This document shows positions 28,875-36,814 of a DNA stretch of 64,000 nt, in pieces; the first letter of the stretch is position 1; every line of letters begins with the position of its first letter. Source of the stretch: a virus; IMG/VR virus record IMGVR_UViG_3300013102_000030, positions 64,001-128,000 of that record. The stretch is one strand, 5' to 3'. A program made the position numbers and the translations under genes. Below the pieces are notes generated by a model, which ran no database searches, was not told the DNA's origin, and worked only from the letters and a program-made list of their open reading frames with translations.

Positions 28875-29108
28875 ATGAAGAAATTCTTTGCCAAAATCCG
28901 AGACCTACTTCACGATCCAAAATTCACCACTGAGTTTCACAAATGGGCAACCATCGTTTGGATACTCCTGATCATCCCGTCCGTCCTCTTCTGGAGTCAG
29001 ACAATCATGTGGGTTGTTCTGATGTCAGTTTGGGCTAATATCGCTGGTCACTGGTCAGCGTACCAAGCCTCTCGTGCTGAACTCAAGCAGGACGAACACA
29101 ACAAGTAA
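28875..29108 (+). CDS. Small two-TM membrane protein
   Basis: AAGGA RBS; two hydrophobic segments. Confidence 0.7.
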   Translation: MKKFFAKIRDLLHDPKFTTEFHKWATIVWILLIIPSVLFWSQTIMWVVLMSVWANIAGHWSAYQASRAELKQDEHNK

Positions 29109-29199
29109 GTAAGTCAATTTGTCACTCAAGCAGTCGGGTGATATAATTGACTCAAGTCAACCTCCGGTTCGCTGGAGGTTTTGTTGTTTGGAGAACAAA

Positions 29200-29388
29200 A
29201 TGCCACAGTCACGCGAAGACAGGATCTACCTCGCCTACAAAGCCTGCAAGAAACAGTGGGCTAAGGAAGAGGTTGGGCAACTGCACGCGCATGCTGTGGT
29301 TGAGGTAGGACGCAGATTCTCCCTCTCCCCAATCAAGGTTCAACAAATCGTCAACGAACGTCGGGACGAGAACCGAAAGAACAAGTAG
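29200..29388 (+). CDS. Small hypothetical protein
   Basis: GGAG RBS. Confidence 0.6.
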   Translation: MPQSREDRIYLAYKACKKQWAKEEVGQLHAHAVVEVGRRFSLSPIKVQQIVNERRDENRKNK

Positions 29389-29538
29389 CAAGCACAGCGG
29401 ACAAGGCTTTGGCACGTGATCCGGGAAACGGTAGCAGGAGACCTCACGGTCGTTTTGACTACGCCGCAACTGGAAACAAAGTGGTGGGATGCGCGTGGCT
29501 GACCAGCTTGCTACTTTTGCTATACCCTAAAGGAAATA

Positions 29539-29940
29539 ATGAACACTGTAGAATATCGGTACAAAGCAGCAATAGATCGCTGGGTGGATGGGGACACCGT
29601 TGATCTATACGTGGATCTAGGATTCCACACTTACATCAAAACCAGATTCCGTCTCTACGGTATCGACACTCCGGAGCGCGGTCAACTCCTGTGGGCAGAA
29701 GCCACAGCAGCCGCAAAGCATATGGCTCCTGAGGGAACAGACGTTGTGATCGATGTCTTCAAGGATGCTGACAAGTACGGACGATGGCTGGTGAACATCA
29801 AACTCGATGAACAGACCGTCAACGATGCTCTGGTGGCCGCAGGACTGGCCCGAGAGTATGACGGAGGAACAAAGACATGGGCAGCACTTCTCCGCTCTGG
29901 TGAGGCTGCTGAATACATAGGAGAGCCTATCAATGCCTAA
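29539..29940 (+). CDS. Thermonuclease (SNase-like)
   Basis: VDGDT, RLYGIDTPE, DKYGRWL. Confidence 0.9.
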   Translation: MNTVEYRYKAAIDRWVDGDTVDLYVDLGFHTYIKTRFRLYGIDTPERGQLLWAEATAAAKHMAPEGTDVVIDVFKDADKYGRWLVNIKLDEQTVNDALVAAGLAREYDGGTKTWAALLRSGEAAEYIGEPINA

Positions 29941-30379
29941 TGACTACTCAAAGTCTGTAGGAATCATGTTCCCGTCCTCATGGCCTGAGGATAAGGACGA
30001 CGCACACTGTACTCTCATCTATCTGGGAGACATGGACGCGCTAACCTGTACCCGTGAGGATCTGGAGATCGTAGTCAAGCGCCTTGACACACGTGCTCCG
30101 GAAGAAGTCATCGTTACTGGAGTGGACCTGTTTGGGCCGGAGAAGAACGTTCTGGTTGCAACACTGGACCCGATCAAGCTCCAGCCGATCCGTGATTCCT
30201 TTGAGCGTACGCTTGCCAAGATCAACGTCTTCAACGGAAGCCAGTACACGGATTACAATCCGCACGTGACCATCACCGAAGAGTTCGGTGGAACTATGGA
30301 AAATGCCATCGAAGACACGAAGCTTCCGCGCACTGTTTTCCTTGGAAAGCCGCGTCTGTGGTGGGGAAACGAGCATTGA
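29933..30379 (+). CDS. 2H phosphoesterase (Acb1 / T4 57B-like)
   Basis: Two HxT motifs (AHCTLIYLG and YNPHVTI); 148 aa. Confidence 0.8.
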   Translation: MPNDYSKSVGIMFPSSWPEDKDDAHCTLIYLGDMDALTCTREDLEIVVKRLDTRAPEEVIVTGVDLFGPEKNVLVATLDPIKLQPIRDSFERTLAKINVFNGSQYTDYNPHVTITEEFGGTMENAIEDTKLPRTVFLGKPRLWWGNEH

Positions 30380-30458
30380 GCTTGACTTTCTGATCATCTC
30401 GTGATAGTGCCATTCTGCTATACTGTATCTATTGACATACAGTATATGGAGAACTACA

Positions 30459-32108
30459 ATGGCACTTTCATGGCCTGTTGACGCACCAGTCACGCAGCAG
30501 TTTGGTAGCAACCCAAACTCCATCCAGCCAAACGGGCACACGGGTGTTGACTTTGGCGTACCTGAAGGAACTGCTATCTACGCAGCAGACTCGGGTAACA
30601 TCGAATTTGAGGGATGGGCTTCCACCCTTAGCTCAGCAAACCCGTGGTGGATCGCTCCTGCCTACGCTGGTATTCTTGTCATCATCAACCACAATGACGG
30701 ATTCATGTCCGTCTACGGCCACCTTAGCAGCACTACAGTAGACAACGGACAGTTTGTCGAAAAGGGCCAGCTAATCGGATACTCAGGAACCACAGGTCTG
30801 TCAACCGGGCCTCACCTTCACTTTGAGATCTTCCAGTGGCCTCTTCAGCCATACAACGGCTACTACGGTCGTGTCAATCCAAACCTATACGTCGGCGGAT
30901 TTGCTGGCGCTCCTGAGGTTGCTGGAAACCAGCGCGTCGTTGGAGAGTATGGCGTAAAGGAACGCACGGCAGCAAGCACAGCTTCTGCTGAAGGCCGAAC
31001 CTTTGCTCACGGAGATGTCCTTACGTTCAAGGGCTTTGTCCGTGGCGAGAACGTCAACGGCAGTGACATCTGGTTCGTTGGAGGATACTCCGGAACATTC
31101 TTCCATTCCTCCGCGTTTGATGACAACGGAACCCATGACCTACAGGATCTCACTCCTGCCCCTGCTCCGGTCACTATTGGTGTGACTCAGCGCAAGGTAG
31201 GATCTGCTGTCATCCGCTACCGTAAGGATGCGAACACCAGCGCAGAGATCATTCAGGAGTTCCAGCCCGGAGATGTCCTAAACTTCTCTGCATTCAAGCG
31301 TGGGCAGGATATCAGTGGAAACAACGTCTGGTTCAAGGGTGCAATCTCCGGAGGTTATGCTTGGTCCGGTGGTTTCGAAGACCAGTCTACAACAGGTCTG
31401 CCTGAGGAAGCAACATCTGCTCCTGCTCCTGCTCCGACTCCAACGCCTGCTCCTGCTCCAGAGCCTGAGAAGTACTCCTTTGTCAAAGACTTTGACTTTG
31501 TTGAGTACATCCCAGCACAGGGAGACAAGTTCCAGTACGGAAACTTCCCGGAGAAGCCCGAGAAGGTAGTCATTCACCAGTTCGGTACAGTCGGAATCGA
31601 CACGATCAACAGTACGATCAACACCTTCACGAATCCGACAGCCCGTCAGGCATCCGCACACTTCGTTGTGTCAGGCAAGCGTATTGTTCAGATGGTCTCC
31701 CTGAAGGATCGTGCTTATCACGCAGGTAAGGGCGGCAATAACTGGGTAGGCATCGAGACCGATCCGGCACAGGATGCTGATACCACTGCGTCCACCAAGA
31801 GACTGCTTGCAGCCCTCAAGGAAAAGTACGGTTACGAGCTTGTCAAGATCCTGCACAAGGATGTTCCGGAAGCAACCACGAACTGTGGAGCTTCCATCAC
31901 ACTGTCCAAGTACAATCTGGATACTCCGGTCATCATCGTACCGGCCCCAACTCCGGACCCTACACCAGCGGACATTCCATCCACTCCGGTTGTTACTCCG
32001 GACCCAACACCTACGCCTATTCCAACCCCGGAAAAAGCGGTAGATGAGGAAGCCGTCATTGACGCATTCCTCGCTTTCCTCAAGAAGGAATACTTCCTAA
32101 AGAAGTAA
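30459..32108 (+). CDS. Endolysin: M23 peptidase, two SH3-like repeats, amidase-2
   Basis: HTGVD, YGHL, TGPHLHFE; VIHQ, SAHFVV, AYHAG, GIE, HKD...TNC. Confidence 0.9.
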   Translation: MALSWPVDAPVTQQFGSNPNSIQPNGHTGVDFGVPEGTAIYAADSGNIEFEGWASTLSSANPWWIAPAYAGILVIINHNDGFMSVYGHLSSTTVDNGQFVEKGQLIGYSGTTGLSTGPHLHFEIFQWPLQPYNGYYGRVNPNLYVGGFAGAPEVAGNQRVVGEYGVKERTAASTASAEGRTFAHGDVLTFKGFVRGENVNGSDIWFVGGYSGTFFHSSAFDDNGTHDLQDLTPAPAPVTIGVTQRKVGSAVIRYRKDANTSAEIIQEFQPGDVLNFSAFKRGQDISGNNVWFKGAISGGYAWSGGFEDQSTTGLPEEATSAPAPAPTPTPAPAPEPEKYSFVKDFDFVEYIPAQGDKFQYGNFPEKPEKVVIHQFGTVGIDTINSTINTFTNPTARQASAHFVVSGKRIVQMVSLKDRAYHAGKGGNNWVGIETDPAQDADTTASTKRLLAALKEKYGYELVKILHKDVPEATTNCGASITLSKYNLDTPVIIVPAPTPDPTPADIPSTPVVTPDPTPTPIPTPEKAVDEEAVIDAFLAFLKKEYFLKK

Positions 32109-32235
32109 CTCGTACCACGAAGAGGCAGGGACGATTTGTGTCCCTGCCTTTTCTGGTATAAACTGTTCATTGTCATTGCCGCTCCCCTACCAGAAAGAAA
32201 AAGGCAGCCTAGAATCCCCACGACCCATTGGACTT

Positions 32236-32895
32236 ATGAATACTCAAACAAAACTCACTGCAATTGCCTCTACTATCCTGCTCTCCGTGTGCTTGGCAGG
32301 CCCCGCAAAAGCCACAACCGAGACTGACCGAACAATCCCTCCGCTTGAAGCAGTAGACGTACCAATCTCTGCGCCCACCACATCAGCACTGACCTACGAC
32401 AAGCCAACTGTCACCACCAGTGCTGCTCCTGTTGTTCAGGAAGTCGCACCCGCAGCAGCGGTACAGAGCGCTCCAGCAGCCAAGACTGCTCCAGTAGCTC
32501 CCGCCCCTGTTCAGACCGCTCCTGTGGCCCCTAAGGCTGCTCCAGCGCCTGCTACACCGGCACCCGCAGCACCGGCAGTTCCAGCTTCCAGCAGGGGCGC
32601 TCTCCTGCTTGCATCTGCGTACTCCCAGATCGGAATCACACAGGACTGCACCGCCATGGTTGAGCACGCTCTCGCGTCCATCGGAATTATCTCCGGTGAT
32701 CTCGCCCCAGCCCAGTTCTTCCGCTTTGGCCCTGTAGTCGGGTCTCCAGAACCGGGAGACATCCTCATCTCTGCTGGTCACGTAGGAATCTACGCTGGCA
32801 ATGGACAGATGATCTCCGGTGGATTCAACGGAAGCCAGACGGTTCTACACCCCGTCAGTTACGTTGGTGCTTACTCTGCTGTACGAGTTGCGTAA
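32236..32895 (+). CDS. Secreted NlpC/P60 peptidoglycan hydrolase
   Basis: Signal peptide, Pro/Ala linker, QDCTAMV, PGD, GHVGIYAGNG. Confidence 0.85.
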   Translation: MNTQTKLTAIASTILLSVCLAGPAKATTETDRTIPPLEAVDVPISAPTTSALTYDKPTVTTSAAPVVQEVAPAAAVQSAPAAKTAPVAPAPVQTAPVAPKAAPAPATPAPAAPAVPASSRGALLLASAYSQIGITQDCTAMVEHALASIGIISGDLAPAQFFRFGPVVGSPEPGDILISAGHVGIYAGNGQMISGGFNGSQTVLHPVSYVGAYSAVRVA

Positions 32896-32925
32896 AGTCT
32901 CTCCATAGACTATAATTGAATGGAT

Positions 32926-32996
32926 GCCTCAGGTCTCTGGCGAAGCGCGGTTCTCTCATAAGGAACTGGTAGGTGGTTCGATCCCACCCTGAGGTA
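32926..32996 (+). tRNA. tRNA(CAT) Met/Ile2, truncated D-arm
   Basis: GCCTCAG/CTGAGGT, GTTCT-CTCATAA-GGAAC, T-arm; D region only about 16 nt. Confidence 0.75.
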
Positions 32997-33022
32997 CGTA
33001 ATACTCAATGACAAAGGTATAA

Positions 33023-33742
33023 ATGACAACTCCCTTCTACGAACTGCCCCTGCTCTCCCTTGACACGGAAACGACAGGTGTTGACGTGTTCACGGATCGC
33101 GTGGTAACATGTAACATCACATATGACTACCCTGACGGTCGAGATCCCTTCATTGCTGACTGGATCATCAATCCGGGAGTTCCGATCCCGCAAGGTGCAT
33201 CGGATGTGCATGGCATCACAGACGAAATCGCTCAGAGAGATGGCGGTGACCCGTTCACGGTGCTCACCAACGTAGCACAACATCTCAAGTACTGGGGCGA
33301 TCTTGGACTTCCTTACGTTATTTACAACGCTAGTTTTGACACTACTATCCTTATGGCTGAATTTGACCGTTATGGCATTCCTCAGCCTACTGGGTGGAAT
33401 TGTGTTATTGACCCTTTGGTACTGGATAAAGGGGTAGAACCATATCGAAAGGGAAGCCGAAAGCTGATTGACACAGCGCGGCACTATGGCATAGAATTGT
33501 CGGAAGAAGACGCGCACAGCGCAAACTTTGACTCCATGGCTTCTGTCAAGATCTCACGAGCCATCGGGCGAAAGTATGAGATCGACTCCCCACTGGATGA
33601 GGTCCACGCGCAGCAAGTCATCTGGAAGGCAAAGCAGGCCAAGGGTCTACAGGACTACTTCCGGAAATCCAAGAATGATGACACCATCGTCATCAACGGA
33701 GAATGGCCGTTCCAGACAAGAGAGTTGACACCAACTTTCTAA
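33023..33742 (+). CDS. DnaQ-like DEDDh exonuclease
   Basis: DTETTG, YNASFD, AHSANFD. Confidence 0.9.
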   Translation: MTTPFYELPLLSLDTETTGVDVFTDRVVTCNITYDYPDGRDPFIADWIINPGVPIPQGASDVHGITDEIAQRDGGDPFTVLTNVAQHLKYWGDLGLPYVIYNASFDTTILMAEFDRYGIPQPTGWNCVIDPLVLDKGVEPYRKGSRKLIDTARHYGIELSEEDAHSANFDSMASVKISRAIGRKYEIDSPLDEVHAQQVIWKAKQAKGLQDYFRKSKNDDTIVINGEWPFQTRELTPTF

Positions 33743-33761
33743 GTATGGTACAATAGAGTCT

Positions 33762-33842
33762 TATGGAGTAGAGAAGTTCGGTATCTCGCTGGTTTCATAA
33801 GCCAGAGGACGCATTCAAGTGGTTCAAATCCCGCCTCCGTCT
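33762..33842 (+). tRNA. Initiator-like tRNA-Met(CAT), atypical
   Basis: 1:72 mismatch, GAGA/TCTC D-stem, TTCATAA loop; extended variable region. Confidence 0.65.
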
Positions 33843-33882
33843 CTAGTAGTACGTCACCGCCTTTGACGATAAAAAGGCACCG

Positions 33883-33954
33883 ACCCGTGTAGCTCAAAGG
33901 CAGAGCGGCGCACTGTTAATGCGTAGGTTATAGGTTCGAATCCTATCATGGGTG
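33883..33954 (+). tRNA. tRNA-Asn(GTT)
   Basis: GCGCA-CTGTTAA-TGCGT. Confidence 0.93.
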
Positions 33955-34087
33955 CAAACGCATCACTTCCCTGCTTAGGCTGGTGAGTGGTCGGGAGTAG
34001 GTCTTGTATTGCTACGGCCAACCTACTCTAATTATGGTGCAGATTCACGTCCCTCTGTCCGAGCAATCGGTTAGGCACTGCATCGAT

Positions 34088-34160
34088 GGGGACTTAGCTC
34101 AGTTGGTAGAGCGGTTGCTTTGCAAGCAGCATGTCAGGAGTTCGATTCTCCTAGTCTCCA
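34088..34160 (+). tRNA. tRNA-Ala(TGC)
   Basis: GTTGC-TTTGCAA-GCAGC; G3:U70 present. Confidence 0.95.
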
Positions 34161-34274
34161 CGCAATCTAATGCCGCGAGGCCGTTAAACATCCCAACAGT
34201 GTTGTGAACCAGCCACACGTCCGCCTGACGTAAAAGGCCCCTAAGCTTTGTCCCTACAATACAATGGAGTATTC

Positions 34275-34403
34275 ATGCCAGATAACGACCCCGATTACAA
34301 AACAATCGTGGAAAAGGCGCTTCACGAACTTCAACTAATGAAGGATCGAAGCTGCATCGATTATGGCAGACTCCGATGGATTCTAGAGGGACGACCAGTT
34401 TGA
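34275..34403 (+). CDS. Small hypothetical protein (42 aa)
   Basis: GGAG RBS; MPDNDPDYKTIVEKALHEL... Confidence 0.5.
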   Translation: MPDNDPDYKTIVEKALHELQLMKDRSCIDYGRLRWILEGRPV

Positions 34404-34475
34404 GCGGTTAGAGGCGCGGCTGCACTCTAATCCCCTTTGTGCGAGTGCCGGAACGCACGCTCAACTTCCGGCTTT

Positions 34476-34548
34476 CCCCTCATAATATAGCGGCCTAATA
34501 TGCTCGCCTGTCTAGTGAGTTACACGGGTTCAAATCCCGTTGAGGGGA
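34476..34548 (+). tRNA. tRNA-Asp(GTC)
   Basis: CTCGC-CTGTCTA-GTGAG. Confidence 0.88.
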
Positions 34549-34585
34549 CTTTTTCATGCCCAAAACAAATCAAAGTAAAGGAAAT

Positions 34586-35557
34586 ATGGAACGCCAGCTT
34601 GTCACACTTGAAACTATCTCAGAAATCAACCCCATTCCTGATGCAGACGCTATCGAAGTCGCCAAGGTTCGCGGGTGGAATGTTGTCACTAAGAAGGGCG
34701 AGTTTCAGCCCGGAGACGAAGTCCTCTACTTTGAGATCGATTCTTTCCTTCCCATTTCCGACCCTCGGTTCGCTTTCCTTGAACCACGTGGTGTCCGAGT
34801 ACAGGATGGAGTTACGGGACACGTTCTCAAAACTGTACGCCTTAGAGGCCAGTACTCTCAAGGACTTATCAAACCAGTATCTGAATTTCCTGAGGGACTT
34901 CCGGATATCGTCAAGTTTGACCCTCCCCTTCCCGCAGGTCTTGAAGGTGCAGTAGAAGGCCAGTTCCTCTACCAGTTCGCTCCCAAGACGGATGCAGAGC
35001 GTATTCAGAACCTTGGACGAGTCCTCAATGAGATCCATGAGCACGAGTGGACTGCCACTGAGAAGATCGACGGAACATCTACCACAATCGTCAACGATGG
35101 CGGAACCATCCGGATCTGCTCCCGTAACTGGGAGATCAGCCGCCCCAGCGCACGGTTCGATCTTGCCGACAAGCTGAACCTTGCGGAGATCCTTCCTGTG
35201 GATCACGCGATTCAGGGTGAGTACTTTGGTGAGAACATCCAAGGTAACCCTCTCGGGATCAAGGGCACGGACTTCAAGGCGTTCAACCTCTACCGGAAGA
35301 CCGATAATGGCCCTGTAGCTGTTCCGTTCAATGAGTGGGGCGAAGAGCTTAGCGCTCTACAGGTCCCTGTGCTTCCTCTGACGCTCCCGCAGGCCATCCA
35401 TGAGATTGTGGATCAGGCTGATGGTTTGAAGTCTGTAATCAACCCACAGCGCCTTGCAGAAGGTATTGTGTGGCAGGGACCGAAGGGCTTCCCGTTCTTG
35501 GGTAACCGTCCCGGATTCAAGGCCATCTCCAACAAGTACCTTGCCAAGCAGAAGTAG
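34586..35557 (+). CDS. RNA ligase, DRB0094/Rnl2-like, with N-terminal OB-type domain
   Basis: IPDADAIE, LRGQYSQG, TEKIDGTS, QGE, EGIV, FKAIS. Confidence 0.9.
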   Translation: MERQLVTLETISEINPIPDADAIEVAKVRGWNVVTKKGEFQPGDEVLYFEIDSFLPISDPRFAFLEPRGVRVQDGVTGHVLKTVRLRGQYSQGLIKPVSEFPEGLPDIVKFDPPLPAGLEGAVEGQFLYQFAPKTDAERIQNLGRVLNEIHEHEWTATEKIDGTSTTIVNDGGTIRICSRNWEISRPSARFDLADKLNLAEILPVDHAIQGEYFGENIQGNPLGIKGTDFKAFNLYRKTDNGPVAVPFNEWGEELSALQVPVLPLTLPQAIHEIVDQADGLKSVINPQRLAEGIVWQGPKGFPFLGNRPGFKAISNKYLAKQK

Positions 35558-35576
35558 AGCATGATACAATAGTATC

Positions 35577-35650
35577 GGTGGCTGTAGCTCAGTTGGTAGA
35601 GCGCTTGCTTGTGGCGCAAGATGTCGCGGGTTCGAATCCCGTCAGTCACC
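35577..35650 (+). tRNA. tRNA-His(GTG)
   Basis: G-1, CTTGC-TTGTGGC-GCAAG, C73. Confidence 0.95.
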
Positions 35651-35722
35651 CTCAGATTGCGAAAATAGTCTAGACCTGATACAATGGTCTAGACTATTTT
35701 TGTTCCCCGACGAAAGACAATA

Positions 35723-36742
35723 ATGACAGAAAAAATCCTCCTGACCGGTGCTGGTGGAGCAATTGGCGTTCATATGCTAGCCCACCTGATGCACAACACG
35801 GACGCTACTGTAATCGCAACCGGAAGCTTCCGTAACAAGGGGTACTACGACCGCATTACCCGAGTCTGTAGGAATCATCCGGACTGGAAAGATCGTATTG
35901 AGATTCTAGTTCACGACCTTACAGTCCCGTTCTCCACCCGTCAAGTGGAATCCCTTCAGGGCGTTGACCACATCATCAACCTTGCTTCCCTCTCGGATGT
36001 CTACGATTCCATCGAGAATCCGGTACCGTTTGTCCGCAACAACGTTGATCTTGTCCTGAATATGCTGGAACTTGCGCGTCAGATCAAGCCAAAGACTTTC
36101 ATTCAGTTCTCAACCGATGAAGTCTACGGCCCCTGTGACGTAAACTCCAACGGACACAAGGAATGGGACACCATCCTGCCGTCCAACCCGTACGCAGCCT
36201 CCAAGGCAGCGCAGGAAGCCATTGCCATCTCCTACTGGAGAAGCTATGGAGTCCCTGTCATTCTCACAAACACTATGAACAATTTCGGTGAGATGCAGGG
36301 AGTTTCCAAGTTTACTGCTATGATTCAGAAGAAGCTTCAGGAAGGCGAGAAGGTAACAGTTCACGCAGCTTCTGACGGACAGATCGGCACCCGCTACTAC
36401 TTGCACTCCCGCAACGCGTCGGATGCTGTTCTGCACATCCTGAAAAACCTACCGGCAACGCTCCACCAGCCGGGAGAAATCGACCGTCCAGACCGCTACA
36501 ATGTGGTTGGAGACAAGCAGGTTTCAAACCTTGACCTCGCTCAGACCATTGCGGATCTGATGGGCAAGGAACTGGATCACGAGCTTGTAGACTTCCACTC
36601 TGAGCAGCCCGGACACGATTTGCACTACGGACTCGATGGTGCTAAGCTCAAGGCGACAGGATGGGAATCTCCCTACTCCTTTGAAGACTCCCTCAAGAAC
36701 ACCATTGAGTGGCAAGTCCGCAATCCCGAGTGGATGAAGTAA
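35723..36742 (+). CDS. NAD-dependent sugar 4,6-dehydratase (RmlB-like)
   Basis: TGAGGAIG, STDEVYG, YAASK, PGHDLHY. Confidence 0.88.
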   Translation: MTEKILLTGAGGAIGVHMLAHLMHNTDATVIATGSFRNKGYYDRITRVCRNHPDWKDRIEILVHDLTVPFSTRQVESLQGVDHIINLASLSDVYDSIENPVPFVRNNVDLVLNMLELARQIKPKTFIQFSTDEVYGPCDVNSNGHKEWDTILPSNPYAASKAAQEAIAISYWRSYGVPVILTNTMNNFGEMQGVSKFTAMIQKKLQEGEKVTVHAASDGQIGTRYYLHSRNASDAVLHILKNLPATLHQPGEIDRPDRYNVVGDKQVSNLDLAQTIADLMGKELDHELVDFHSEQPGHDLHYGLDGAKLKATGWESPYSFEDSLKNTIEWQVRNPEWMK

Positions 36743-36814
36743 TCTGATCGAGCGGTCCCAGCACCCTTCTGTGCTGGGGCCGCGCCCTCTAACAAACTAA
36801 AGGAAAAAGTACAT

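Noticed and set aside
29420-29450. SRP RNA domain IV (CCGGGAAACGGTAGCAG)
   Set aside because: The 5' CAGG side of the conserved loop is missing; the resemblance is partial.
32110-32235. c-di-AMP (ydaO) riboswitch before NlpC/P60
   Set aside because: Only a terminator hairpin and a -10 element are visible; riboswitch consensus motifs are absent.
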